Shown here piece by piece: positions 1 to 12,842 of a stretch of 38,645 nucleotides of DNA. The position numbers and the translations under genes are program-made. The stretch is from Thelocarpon superellum (taxonomy: Eukaryota): assembly GCA_026025795.1 (NCBI GenBank), contig JAPEUG010000132.1, forward strand, positions 1 through 38,645, in the 5' to 3' direction. Every line of letters starts with the position of its first letter. Within the stretch, counting starts at the first letter, position 1. The notes under the pieces were generated by a model. It searched no databases. It was not told the origin of the DNA and worked only from the letters and a program-made list of their open reading frames with translations.

Positions 1-105
1 AACAGGCATCGCGTCGCACCGCATTGCGTGACATTGCATTGCACTGCACCTTCCAAGTGCACTCGCCACGAGCACCGGCATCTCCTCTCGAAGATGATTA
101 TATTC

Positions 106-127
106 CACACACACACACACACACACA
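106..127. repeat. (CA)11 microsatellite
   Basis: Perfect CA dinucleotide run read directly, downstream of the Nudix gene. Confidence 0.95.
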
Positions 128-564
128 TCCCGGCATCGCCCAGCCCGGCCCGGCACTGCACTGCAAGGCGTTTGGAACCAAAGCGTATGAGATATAGGAC
201 ATTAGGTAATCAGCGAGCATGGCAAGAGGGAAGAAGGAAGAAGGAGTTGAATCTGAGTCTGAGTTGCGTTTGAGAGGGAGCTCTTAAAAGGACTGGCTCA
301 AGCCTGCCTCGGACTGCGACCGACTACGACCGACCGAATGCATCACTCCTTGATTCTCATAGAAATAAAAAACCACCTTCTCTCCATTCATCTCGCTTCC
401 AACGTGAGGCGGAGCGCGTTAGAGACCAGGAGAAGAGCAGACGAAAAGAGATGGGAGAATTATTATGCTGATGAAGAGAACAGAGCGTGAAATGCTTTTG
501 GATCGAGTCTCAGCCGCCAATGTGTCCTGTCCAAGTCGTTGTCTTTCAATCCGCCCTTTCCCTG

Positions 565-600
565 CGTCGTCGTCGTCGGCGTCGTCGTCGTCGTCGCCGT
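565..600. repeat. Imperfect (GTC/GAC)n trinucleotide repeat in the probable Nudix 3' UTR
   Basis: cgtcgtcgtcgtcggcgtcgtcgtcgtcgtcgccgt; it explains the poly-T/R/V/S ORFs in the track. Confidence 0.9.
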
Positions 601-661
601 GCTCCTCCTCCTGCCACGAACCTCAAAGGGCCTCCCGAGCGAAGAATCAAGCACACGGGCC

Positions 662-1259
662 CTAGCGCACAATGGAGCTTCGATTGAGAGCCTCGAGCAG
701 TTCCGGACGCTCAGCCAAAGCCGTGGCCGCGTCGATGTACGATAGCCATTGCCGGCCGCGCTTGTGCATCTCGGGCCACTGCGGCTCTTCCTTCTCCACC
801 GACACCTCGTAGAATTGGTACAGCGCCTTGGGCGCTTCCGGGGTGGTGTGGGCCGGATCGCGCGGCTCTTGGATGTGGCCCAGGTCCAGCTGGACCCGGC
901 ACACGATGCCCGCCTCCTCCCACGCCTCGCGACATGCCGCGTCCTCCGCCGTGCCCTCGTCCATCTCCCATCCTCCCTTGGGTAAGACCCAGCCGCCGCG
1001 ACGCGAATTCGACTCCACCATCATCACCTTGGTCCGGTCGGCCGAGAGCGGTACCACGCCCGCCACGAGTCGCTCGCCTCGGTCTCCGTATCCTATCGAT
1101 CCCGCACGTGTCAGTGACTGACGTGCCCGCGGCCTGGCAGAAGAGACATGAACGACCCGGCCCGCCCGCCAACTCTCGGCTGGCGCCAGGCGTCCATGCA
1201 TGTCACCCACGTTGGTTTTTCCTCCCCGTCCGCGCTTCCATCGGCCGGGTCTGCGCCAT
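662..1259 (-). CDS. DDP1: Nudix hydrolase, diphosphoinositol-polyphosphate/Ap6A hydrolase (Ddp1/Aps1/DIPP family); exons 1259-1211 and 1092-662
   Basis: Spliced product MAQTRPMEARTGRKNQRYGDRGERLVAGVVPLS...WVLPKGGWEMDEGTAEDAACREAWEEAG (Nudix box)...WPEMHKRGRQW. Intron 1210-1093 is GTGGGT..CACTGAC..TAG. Confidence 0.9.
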
Positions 1260-3539
1260 GGCTCGTGAGGCGCCGTGCGTCCTGCCGTGGGGGATCAAGG
1301 CTGGCGTGTAGGGCCGTCCGGTCACCGGCGCTTCAATTCACCATCTCCTGCTTTCTGCGAGGTGGGAAGTGGAGCGGCGCCAATGCGTGCGTCGACGAAA
1401 GATGCGTAGCAAATGGTCCGCCACGTAGGCACCACCAGGGAGCAATGGGCGGGAACAAGTGCAAGTGCAGGCGCACAATGCGGCCACCCGGATGATTCTG
1501 ATCAGCGATACCGCTCTGCCCAGGATTTATGCTGGATGAACGGTGAACCGTGAACCTTGAACGAGGGCGCGATTCGGATTGGTCCGTTTAGGCACGTGGC
1601 AAGTGGCGTCGTCTGGCAGTTCCCCTCCCTGCGTAGTGCTCGAGGCCTCAGGAAATGAAAAATGAGTCCTTCAGTCCCGTGGAGGACGGGGCTGAGGGAG
1701 TGGGATGTTCATGTCAAAGCCATGACAGGACGCTGTGGGCCGAGGGGCGAGCCCAAGATTTTATCATCCCCGAGTGCGTCGGGGCGTCGGGGCGCGACGG
1801 CGCGCGCGTTACCCGTTGCGCGGCGCGGGCGAGAAGAGAATTCGAGAAGGCGCGAGTGCCGAGTAATGGGATTCTGGGGTGGGGCGGGTAGGGTAGTGTG
1901 GGCACGATGGATGTGTAAGAGGGCGGTAGGCAAAAGGGCTGGATTAGTTCTGCCTAGGTGCCGGACGTGGGAGTCCGGGGGATTTCATGCTCTCGTCCAT
2001 ACTCAGGTGAGTAGGGTTTCCCTCCCTTCCCTGAGCTGGGTACCTTAGTTGCCCGTCTGCTAGTAGCAGTAGCAGCCAACCATCCTGTGACAGCCTGCAC
2101 CTCCAACTGCGATTACTCGCCCTCGTGCGTCCCTCCGATGGCCGACTTTACCGGTGGCACCGTGCCATCCCTCACCTCCGAACCCGGACTTCTCTCGTAG
2201 CGCCTCCTGGTAGTCGCTTTGGAGCAATGGCCACCCTGCTGTCGCCAGGACACTTGGCACTCCGTATCGATCGATGCCTCCAATGGGAAGGCCGCTTTTA
2301 GTAAGGGCGGGCAGGACAGGTCCCAGTCAGATGCGGGTCCTCGCCTTGTCACCGTCCCTCACTACATCCGGCGGACGCCGACCGGCGCGCGCTCGACATG
2401 ATCATTGAATGGCAGCCCCTCCTGGTACCTGAGAGGCGCCCTATGCCGCAGAAGATGTGCATGCTTCGATCATAGAGAATGCTTCAGACGACAAATCCGG
2501 TAGGTGGGTTCCCCGTGGTCAGCTGCGCTTGTGTCTGGTGCCGATGATGGCGCGTCTGGAGACTGGGGTGTACGAAGTACTTGGTGCGCAGGGTTGCGTC
2601 CACCGACTGCTACGTTCAGCGGCGATTTCTCCACTCCGTCTCGCCCTCTCGCCACCCACCACCTATCGCCCACCGCCCGCGCTCAAACAGCCCGATCAGG
2701 TCGTCGGGAGCTTGATGGTCGGAGTGACTCGCATTAAGCCACGCTGATGGCGCCACAAGTATCCGCTCATAGATGCCCGTCATGTAGCAGTACGATCATG
2801 GGCCGTGAGTGGAGAACAAGCACGAAGATGTCGTGCGGCGCCATGCCGCTCCCCACAATTCTGACCCTCCGCAAGGTCGGCAAACAAACGTCCCCGTCCG
2901 TGCCGTCAGTCCCCCACGCCACGTTTCATCAGACGACGGTCACTTTCGTTGGACCAGACGCTATGAGCCTCCCACGATTCTAGAACTGTGGTGCACGCCC
3001 GTGGACCCATCGTGCGTAGAAAGGAGGACCTGCCAGCAGCGCCATGGTCATCCTGTGTGAGGCAAGAAGGTGGCCATGGACGTCCGAATGCGTACGGTGA
3101 AGCCCTTCCGTGGCATTGCTTTTTCCCACAAAGGCCACCACCTGAGCTAAGCCGCATCGGCACTTTCTTCCCTTGCCACCTTTCGCCTACGTCGTGGCAG
3201 GCGGCGTCCAACTTGCGCAGTAGCCTCAGCCGACGAGTGCCCTTTCCAGCCTGCCTTGGGGCTCATCAGCCTGCATGTAGCTTCCAACGCCGTTGCAATC
3301 GTGTCTGTCGATGCACCGGATCGTCCGACGCAGCTGCCGAGGCCCTCGTCGCTAGCCCCCACGCTCCCAACGAACCCACACTACCTGCACTAGGGACGGC
3401 CTGTGGTCGCCCACCCTCCCTCCACCTGTCCGTCCTCGCATTCGACCTTCGAGCCCAGACTGGCACGGCGGGTCTGGGCCGAGAGAGAGTCACGATGCCT
3501 CGTGACGCATCGAATATGCAGTCGACTGCCGCCCAAGGC

Positions 3540-5716
3540 ATGGCAGAAGAGCCCAGCTCCTTCATGCGTCCGCTGGGTGAGCGTCCACTGATGCGCCTTC
3601 CCCGTGGCCCGTGGACGGCCCGTGGGCCGACATTTGTCCCCAGCAGTCCCACTCTGCATCCAACCTGCTGCTCGATTGCACCGCTGCTAACCCTCCGACA
3701 GGTGTCCACGCTCATAGCTGTGGCTACTGCAAAAAGCCTTCCAACAGCAGTCAGCCCTCTCCATCTCCCTTCCCACTCTTACTGCCCCTCATCCACGTGT
3801 TCCCGCTGGGATCGCTGCTCGTGCGCGGGACATCCCGAAGCCGATTCTGCAGATCCGACCATGCGCCGATTGACCATGCAGTGTTGACTAGGTTGCTTCA
3901 GAGGCCTATTTTGCTCTCTCTCGTGCCCTCTCCACCCAGACGTATCAAAAGCTGCTCGATCGTGGCTGGAGAAGGTAGTCTCCTCTGTCGAACTTACTTT
4001 CGCCCGCCTTCCGCGGCTTGAGCAAGTATCGTCTGATGATCTCTTCATTGCGTCCAGATCGGGCGTTCAGTTCTACAAGCCTGATGTCCGAAACTCATGC
4101 TGTCCGCACTACACCATTCGGTAGGTGCAGCGGTTGGGGGCAGGTTGATCGCTTTGATCGCCCCGATCATTGACCACGTCATCCAGCCTCGATGCAAGCG
4201 CGTTCAGACCCTCCAAGGATCAACGACAGACACTCAACAGGTGGATGAGATTCGTGCTGGGCGAAGACTACATCCGCGAATCGTCGAAGCGGTACCCGAA
4301 AAGCAAGGAGTATGTTGGACACTTCCACTATCCCTTCTGCCGCATCCACACCCCTGTTGGCGTAGCCATCTCCTTGGCTAATCCCATGGTCGGTCGCCAG
4401 AGAAAAGGCACGGAGGAAGAATGAGTTCCGCCTTGATGATGCGGTCCACGAGTGCGAAGCGGTGACCCTTCGGACGCCGCCCCAGCCTGACCATACCCTA
4501 AGGGTCACACTTGAGCCCGATGATTTTTCGGAAGAAAAGTCCGTCGATCATACCTCGCGCTCACGGGGGGCTCATGGTTGACCCGAGATGCTCAGATATG
4601 CGCTCTACAGCGACTATCAACGGAACGTGCACGGAGATCCTCCGTCGAAGATCACCCCCGATTCATTCACAAGCTTTCTCTGCGGCTCTCCACTGCGGCG
4701 TACGTCGCAGCAGTCTCATGGCAAGGAACGAAAAGTTGGCTCGTACCACCAATGCTATCGATTGGATGGTCGGCTGGTCGCCATGGGGGTGCTAGATCTG
4801 CTGCCGCAATGTGTCAGCTCGGTCTACTTCTTGTGCGCAATTTTCGTCCTAGTGGTGATTGGACTAATTCTTCGTTCAAGATATCACGACGACTTCAAGA
4901 AATGGAACTTTGGAAAACTCGGGGCTCTTCGGGAAGCGTCAATGGCGAAGGAGAATGGATATCGGTGGTACTACATGGGTAAGCGAGCCGGTGCCTTGAG
5001 GCTTTGAGGAAGCTGATCAACCAGGCTACTTCATCCCATCGTGTAGCAAGATGCGATACAAGGCGGACTACAGCCCTCAGCATCTCTTAGGTACTGTCTC
5101 GTGGGTTCGGCCGGCTCATCAAGTGCCTGACGTGACTCGTTCAGATCCGGAGACATACACATGGCATCCCCTCGATGACGACTTGAAACGAAGACTCGAT
5201 GAGAAGAGTTTCGTGTCGGTGTCGAAGGAGTGTCAGAATCCACCCGGCGAAGACAAGCTAGCTCAAACAGCTTCGCCCACAACAGCTTCAAAAGCTTCGG
5301 AAGTATCTCACGGGGGAGCAGCGCACGCGGGCGAAGACGAAGAGCAAGAGACCGAGGACATGTCGGACGACGATGACGACGACGCTCAAATTCATCTCTC
5401 AACGTCCGTCTTCGAGATGAATATGCCAGGGGTCATGACCAAAGAGGAAATCGAGGACCATATCGACCTAGATGCCACCAAAGTCAGGGTGGCAGGGCGA
5501 ATCCTTGAGGTTCAGGTTAGATTATCCTCCGATGGAGATCAGCCCCCATCATTCGCGACAAGATTGCTGACCGTTGCGCGCCATCCACAGGATCTCGTGG
5601 CCTGGGACGACGGGGAAGTTGAGAACCCTCGATCCTTGAAGGGGCTGGTTGGTGAGTTCGTTGCGGTGGTAGGGCCGGAGCTTGCAAAGGAAGTGGTCCT
5701 CTTTTTCTCCGGCTGA
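3540..5716 (+). CDS. ATE1: Arginyl-tRNA--protein transferase 1. Eleven exons: 3540-3576, 3702-3749, 3902-3974, 4058-4120, 4187-4309, 4401-4538, 4596-4832, 4881-4978, 5025-5090, 5145-5515, 5591-5716. In-frame upstream ATGs (e.g. 3495) are possible starts.
   Basis: Spliced motifs SCGYCK, YQKLLDRGWRRSG, YKPDVRNSCCPHYTIR, GSYHQCYRLDGRLVAMGVLDLLPQCVSSVY, GKLGALRE and YYMGYFIPSCSKMRYKADYSP. All introns are GT-AG and frame-consistent. Confidence 0.95.
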
Positions 5717-6356
5717 GAAATTCCGTCTTCACTATTCGCCTATGATCTCATCATCCAGGCAGGATGTAGGAGCCTGTAATGACGACGTTAGGACGAGCAA
5801 GCCTGCGAAGGCAAGATGTCGAGTCTCCTTGACGATGAAGTCTCACTCCGCTTGTCAAAGCACGCGATGTCAAGCCCGCACATTCTTAAACTGTCACAGC
5901 CACGAAACGAAGACCCCAAGTCTCTCTCCTTCTCCCTTGGGAGAGGGTGCGAGGTGTAGGGACATCTTCGATTCATCGTCTCCATGGTGTGCCAATTAGT
6001 CTACGTGCGCAGAAGGAGGGACACAGTAACTATACTACCGTCGCCCCACTGTGATTCGCAATTTCTCACTCTTCTCTCCGACTCGTCTCTGCTTGTACCT
6101 TCCTTCGTATGACTGGCTCTTACCTGGAAATCGGGGGAGAAAGGAGATGATAGTCTCGGAGGGAAGATGCGAGGAGGTGGTACATCTGAATGAACACATC
6201 TATTGAATGTTTACAATGTCAGAGGATTCGTCGTTGCAAACGTCGTGGAGATTGGCGAGGTTCACGCACATTTTATCCTCTGCAGATCTCATACTATCCT
6301 ACCGCCCTAATGCTATGTCCATCTCTTCCTCCTTCCTCTAACCTGGTCCCTCTGCC

Positions 6357-8694
6357 TCATGTAGCGCTCACGCAGAAGACTTTGGCTTTGACGATGACGT
6401 TGCGGAGATGCAGCTGTTGTATCATTAGCTCCCGTGCGAGACGTGTCCGTTGAACATACAAAGTTCAGGGAGAGGCAGAGGGAAGGAGGAAGGAAGGAGG
6501 GAGGAGGGAGGCAAAACAAGAACCAAAACCGGGCGTGACCTCACATTCTCGCCGTTCTCATCTCCCAGTTTGACGACGGTGGGAAAGACGATGCATTTGA
6601 CAAGACGAGGCGAGCGTCGAGTGGTGGATTCGCCTCGTCGACCACCGGCCTTTACGCCCCCTCCCCTGCTCCTCCTTCTCTTCTTCTTCTCCTTCTTGAC
6701 CATTCCCTTCTCCCTGTCCCTGTCGTTCTTCTTGTTGCGTTTTTGGATTCCGGTCTCCTCTTCGCTCTCCTCGTCGTCTTCGTCATCGTCATCATCGTCG
6801 TTGGCATGACTGTCGCCGTCATCATCGTCCACGTCCTCGTCCTCGTCATCTTCTTCATCCTCGTCGTCCATGTCGGGCCCGTCTCCGCTTATATCCTCCA
6901 TGCTCTCCTCATCCAGCTTGACGCCCCCAGATGAAGTCAGGGATGGGATCGAGACCTCGAACCGCGCGCGCTGCACCCGGAATAAATGCGCCAGCAACAC
7001 GGCTTGGTCCAGCATCGAGCGCAGGCTCTTGCTGCATGTTTCTGACAGCGCCGTTTTGCCCGTCAGATCTGAAAGCAGGTAGAGGAGCCGTCGGTGTAGA
7101 GCCAAGGTTTCTTGCGAGACGGAGGATTTCGTGCTTTCGGACTTGCTGTGCCGGATCAGGGCCAGCGTTGTGGCGCGCCATTGGTTTGCGCTTGATGATG
7201 GGGCTGTGGTGGGGGATGTGAGCCGATGATGTGACGGACAGGGTTTGCATCCTAAGTGCAGTGTGTTCGTACCTATGCTCGACAGATATTCTTCCATCTG
7301 TTGACATTGTTTGACTCGCGGTTGGACGAGACCGTAGAAATATTGGTCAAAGACCTCGCGCACCAATATCGCCGAGATGATGGCTTGGATTGCATTGAGC
7401 TTCAAATGCGGGATGCGGCCGCTGTAGGATGGCACGGCAGAGAATAGCTCTGCCCGTGCCGGCTCCGGAAGATCGGAGACATCTGCACGTCTGCGTCAAC
7501 GATGCATCTCGGCGCGGAATCCGCTCCCCCCTGCGACCTACCAATATCTCTCTTCCGAAAGTTGGAGATGGTCCAGTTCTGCAGATCGTGCCCCAGCAGT
7601 TTCACCTTCTCTCGAAACACGTCGTCGGTCGTCTGGCCCTCCATCCGCGTGGACGTGGAGATGGAGTGTTTAAGCTCCAGGACCTGTCGGCGAAGCTCCC
7701 GTGCCTCTTCCTGGCGATCTTGCGCCATTCTCTGTGCCGTGTGAAAGGCGTCACGACAGCGGTCTCGCTCCTGTAGCAGATGTTCGTTCTTGCGCTCCCA
7801 CTCACGCTTCCACATGCCGTCGCGGTCGGCGGTGGTGGCTTGCAGGATGCGATGCTCGCTCTCGGTCTTGAGGTACTGGCGATGCACCTCCTCGTGTTTC
7901 TTCGACCAAAACGTCTTATCTCTTGATTCCGACGCCAGTTTGGACTCGAGCATGCCAATTCGCTGCGATTGCTGCGCCGCGGCGTCCTCCTGCTGCTCAC
8001 GCTCCTGTCGGAGGGCGTTGAGATCCGCCTCGTAGCGTTGGGCGCGCTGCTTGAAATGCTGCTCCATGTCGTCGCGGCCTTTGTCATGCGGGTCGCCAAG
8101 GACCTGGTGATCCGTGCTGGAGACCTCGTCGCCTTCGTCTTGCTCCAGCACCGCCGCGGGTCCCCGTGACGAAGACGACGATGACGCCGCCGCCGCCGCC
8201 GCCTCCAACTGTGAGCCCGGATTGTTCGCCGCCAGCCGCGCCAGCGCATTCAACTGGAGACTGTTCGGATCGATGGAATTTCGCTTGTTTCCGTCCGGAG
8301 ACTTGTGCTTCTCCATCCGGCCGGGCGGCGAGGCTCTGGCAGGTCGCGGATTGGCGATGTTCCCTGCACGGCCGCTCCCGCCCCACTTTCCCGACGCACC
8401 CTTGTTCCGGCCGTGGCCGTCGGCCTCGCCCTCTCTGGGTGATGTGTGCGGCTCGTTCAACTTCAAGTCGTCGCCCGCGTCAACGTATTCTTCCGCGTCC
8501 TCGTCCTCGTCCTCGGCGTTTTCATCACCCAGGTCTCGCATCGACGGGAGTTGGTCGATCTGGTCGGCTGATGGATAACTGTCGTCCACCACCGTGCGCT
8601 CTCTCGCGATGGCGGCCCGCGGCGGAGCTTGGATCGTGGATTCACCCGTCGAGGAGGAGCCAAGCTGGAGGGCAGAGCTTATGGGTCGTTTCAT
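6357..8694 (-). CDS. Uncharacterised fungal coiled-coil protein with an acidic/basic insert; exons 8694-7542, 7482-7273, 7203-6545, 6413-6357
   Basis: ORFs 7402-8694 and 6425-7435 join in frame through GT-AG introns. It has a long E/Q/R/K heptad-like region and ends ...FPTVVKLGDENGEN/LHLRNVIVKAKVFCVSAT*. The start codon is uncertain. Confidence 0.8.
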
Positions 8695-9424
8695 GGCAAT
8701 CTAATGGACCTACAGCATGTACGGCGGTACGAGGGATCAGCCACAGGAGCAGCGGCGACGGCAGCGGCGGGTGCTAACGGCTAGCTGGCGCGCACGAACG
8801 CACGGGACCCTTTCAGCTGTGCTCCCTTCACCTTCGCCGATCATCGCTGCACCGGTCTGCCTTGCCGATCATGCCACAAATGTTCTCCATCTTCACCCCT
8901 CGCGGTGGTGGATGCTTTCCCGAGATTACATGGGGCAATTGTCCCCCACTTCTCGTCGTGCATGGTGGGGCATCGCCCTGCGTATCGCACCGCCGAGCCA
9001 GACCCAAACCGTCTACCTTAGCGTCATCCACCGCGTCTGAGTCTGCCATACATGCCGCCCACGCCGTCTCCACGCGCAACGATTTGGAGATGGCCATTTC
9101 CAACCACGGACACGGCAGCCTAGGTGGGACTACGGTTATCCTAGGCATGATACAAGTATGGGCATCAACTGACAGGCTCAAACCAGACACGCGTCGCATC
9201 AGTAAAATCAGCTTCCGACTGCGCGCTTCACAGGAACTGGAAAAGATGCAGCGCCAAAGGGAGGGAAATCGCCTCTCACAAACACGGTACGTCGTACATG
9301 GTATCTCGGCTCACATGAATCCCCTCAAAGTCAACGCTGCATCTCGAGAGCACCACGCTGCATCACGATACGAAATAGGAAAACCCCCGCTGAAACTAGG
9401 CTACGACAACCAGGCGGGATAAAA

Positions 9425-11663
9425 TCAATGGTAAGGTGGCGGGTAGGGGGGATTGGACTCGTAGCCGTTGCCAGTGGGCCGCCCACCAGCGCGATAGTAA
9501 TCTTCTTCGTAACCTCTCTTGGGCGCATTTGGATCGGCGGGCCGTTCGTAGCCATCCCACTCCGGGTTTGCCGGTGGGTTCCCGGGATAGCGACGTGTCG
9601 GACTCTGGCCATACGGGGGCCAGTCGGACTTGTTCACATCCGGCGGTCGTGGGTACCGTCGATTGTCGACTCCGGTGTCGACTCCAGAGAAGGTCTCGGG
9701 ATAAGGCATGCTCTCAGGCTCAGGGCGGCTGGATGGGCCACTGCCCTTGGTGACGGATGGGCTTCGACGCTGCCGAGGTGGCGCCGGCGGGTTCCCGACG
9801 GAGCTCGAGGTTCGACCATGCCGAGGGCCATCCGGTGGCGGGATGATATGGGTTGGTGGGAAGTCTCGGGTAGGAAGATACTCTCTCGGACGCCCACTGG
9901 TGGATTGCGTGCGCGGTCGACCCGTCGACAAGTTGTTATGCATGGCGGGGATGGTGGTCGATTTAGCGTCTCCTTCGTAATTCTTCCCTCCGCCTGGCTG
10001 AGCGCTGTACGGCTTGCGCTCTCGTTCGAGCGACCCAGGAGGAGAAGGTCCGTCAGACACCGCGTCGGGTGACGGGCGTTCGCGCTCCGTCTTCGAGCTT
10101 CCCGACGCCTGCGAGGGCGTGTCGACGGAGTCGGTCGACACATTCGAGTATGGCGCTCGTTCGCGTTCGATCTGCCCCGCACCCGACGCGTTGTAGGTCG
10201 AATCTGCCCGCGGATAGTCCCCGTCGAACGCTTTGCCCGGGCTACTCCCCTCCCGCATCGGAAAGGCCCGCTCGATCTTTTCTCGCATCCTTCGATCGGG
10301 GATCTTAGGGAAAAGATGACGGGAAACCTCCTTTGGGAAGCGTTCCTTCTGGTCGTCGGCGTTGCTGATGGGCATTTGCAAAATGGCCTTCTGCAGTCGC
10401 TCCACTTCATCGTTGGGGCGCGCGCGGATGAGGAGCGTCATCCACCGCGCGAACCCAGCCGCGGTGAGGCCTGGGATGCTTGGCTTGCAATCATTTCGTT
10501 CTTGGATGAAGTGATGTTGGCATTCCAGCTCCTGGTAGATGCGGGATAGCTTGGACGATGACATCTCCATGAAGAGCACTGGGACGAATTAGCCATGCGA
10601 GACCCGGGAGAGGTAAGGGGGGACGGACATCTCCAAGGCCAGAATTCGGACCGCAATTTGCACACATCATAATACTTGGCCATCTTGACGGGCGTCACCA
10701 CGATGCTGTTCTTGGGTTCAAAGTCCTCAATCTGAATGAATGTCAGCCATCGATGTCCCCATCGGTTCACCCCGCTTGTCGCCTTACAAGGTGGTTGGCA
10801 AGACCCCTTAAGAATTGGCGCAGTCTCGGCGTCGACGTTCCGTCTTCCGCGAAGAGCTGACCCCAGGTCCTATCTAACGGTGTCTCCTCATCCGTCGGTG
10901 CACGTGTAACCTTTGGCCGAGACGTTTGAGCTGCTTCCGCCACGCGCACCGGTGGAGGATCTGGTCGAGGTACTTCTTTCGACGTTGGTGGGGAGCTGTC
11001 GGGCTTGGACGAGTCGCTCGCAACAGGGGCGTCTCGGGGTCCGCCATAGAAGACATAATTTGGCCGAGGATGAGATGATGGAGATTGGTAGCTTTCTTGG
11101 CAGCTCTCTTCCGGTGCGGGCTGCCCCGATAGTGGCGGCGCCGCCGGCTGGTCGGTTGAACGCGGCGGGGCAGTAGAAGAAGGTATCGACGGAGAAGGCA
11201 CAGGAGAGGGCGCGTTGGCTTTAGCAATGTTCAGCTTCCTGAGGACTTCCTGCGCAACTTGCTCGGCGACCTGGGCCACCAATTCGGGAGAAAACTCGGC
11301 GGTTTCACCTCGGTTGAGGGCGGAGGAGAGCGCGTCATTGATCGGTTGGGTACCGGGCCGGACCGAAGCCGGCGGAACCTGCGACGAGGCTGCTGGTGGA
11401 GCCCGGGCAGCGGCTGGCGCTGGAGCTCGTGGATCGGGAAGATAAGATGGGTTCGTGATGCCTCCAGATTGCGGTGCCGATGCGTACCGGCTGAGATCTG
11501 GTCCATCTCCGGCCAGCTGCGGCACGGAGTCGGGACCATGTCGGTGCTCGGGGATCGTCGACTCATTCGGTGGGAAGCTCGAAGGCAGGGGCACTCGTGG
11601 GTCAAACGGGCTGGCGTGAGGGGGAGGCTCGGTCAATGGGCTGCGATAAGAGTCTTGAGCCAT
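9425..11663 (-). CDS. Proline-rich protein with a central DUF7514-like domain; exons 11663-10788, 10731-10629, 10578-9425
   Basis: Spliced core WGQLFAEDGTSTPRLRQFLRGLANHL/IEDFEPKNSIVVTPVKMAKYY...IYQELECQHHFIQ...PSIPGLTAAGFARWM...ERFPKEVSRHLFP, flanked by P/S-rich disordered arms with ERERxPYS repeats. The domain name is from recall. Confidence 0.8.
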
Positions 11664-12842
11664 GGCAAGATTGGTGGTGAACCGAGCCTGCGACACGTAT
11701 GGCAGTCAACACATATATTGTGAGAACGATGGACGGCGGTGACGTATGGATCGAGTGCAAGACTTGGGAGTCGGAAGCCGGACCCGACCGTTGGCGCCAA
11801 TAGTGCGACCAAAGTGCGAGATCACTACAGCATCTTTCGTAGGCCAGCGAACATATGATATGTTCGTCGTGCGTGCGTGTGTATTCGTGGACCAAGCCGT
11901 TGTCGCCCCTGCCACGCAGCTAAGAGCGGGGGAAGACCTGGTGAGAGTGCTGTCGCCTCAGACAAATAGAGGCTCAGCGCGCGCGAAAGAATCGAGCTTG
12001 CGGCGCCAAGGATGAGGTGGCCACGAGCAACTCCCGTACGTTGTCCCGGTAGTGAGCTAAGTAACGTCTACGGCTGAAGGGCAGCTAGGCAACGGTTCAG
12101 GAGCAGCATCACGCCAGTGTCCCCTCGGTACTACCATAGTATGAGTGCGAGTACCCCTACATCAGCGTGGCAGTTATCAGCATAACTCCCGGTCGGAGAT
12201 TGTGCCAGACTAGGGGTATGTTACCGGTAACATACTGGTTGCGGGGCCATAGAACAAGAATGCTCGGAGGACGAGTACGAATACTCGGATGTCGCGTGTG
12301 CCAAGGCAGACCCAGCGCGTTTGGGACCCCAGCGAAGCTACTCCGGACTGTCCACCAATCCCCTTGGTCGGTAACGTCATCGAAGGCGACACGACCTCAT
12401 CGCTCCGCCCGCATGGCCACGAACAACTAATGACTGGTTCGGTCTAGCCCTACCGTGACGGATGCTCAATCGATCTGTTGCGCTCGTTGGTGTGATCAAG
12501 TGTGTCGCGCGTTCGAAGAACCTGTGGTCTCCCGACCGAGGAGCAGGCCGTGACGGACGCGTAGATGGCAAAATCTCCGACGCATCGTGCGACGAGGCGT
12601 CCATTTGTGACGGACATGTTCTCCATATCTCATCATAGGCCACGTTCGCGAGAATCACTCATGATTTAATCAGTCCAATGTCTATCAATTTCGTTGGGTA
12701 CCAGTTCATAGTATGACTCTGTGTCGTGTGTCCTGGATCGGCCTCTGGCCTCTGCGAGTAGCTACCCCGATTGTCCGTTGTGTACCGCGTGTCGCTCGTC
12801 CATTCCATGATGCCGGCCTCAAACAAATCGTCGACCCACATC

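Noticed and set aside
463..745. Short ORFs with poly-Thr/Arg/Val/Ser tracts
   Set aside because: They are translations of the (GTC)n microsatellite.
2060..3100. Possible gene relic between the Nudix gene and ATE1
   Set aside because: I could not find a recognisable protein motif or a consistent exon chain in any frame.
2988..3887. 299-aa ORF overlapping the ATE1 5' end
   Set aside because: It has a GTG start and no recognisable motif. It is ATE1 exon 1 read through upstream and intronic sequence.
5714..5780. Stop-codon readthrough to a cryptic peroxisomal signal after ATE1
   Set aside because: The stop context is TGA GAA rather than TGA CTA, and the extension ends in RSL, which is not a canonical PTS1.
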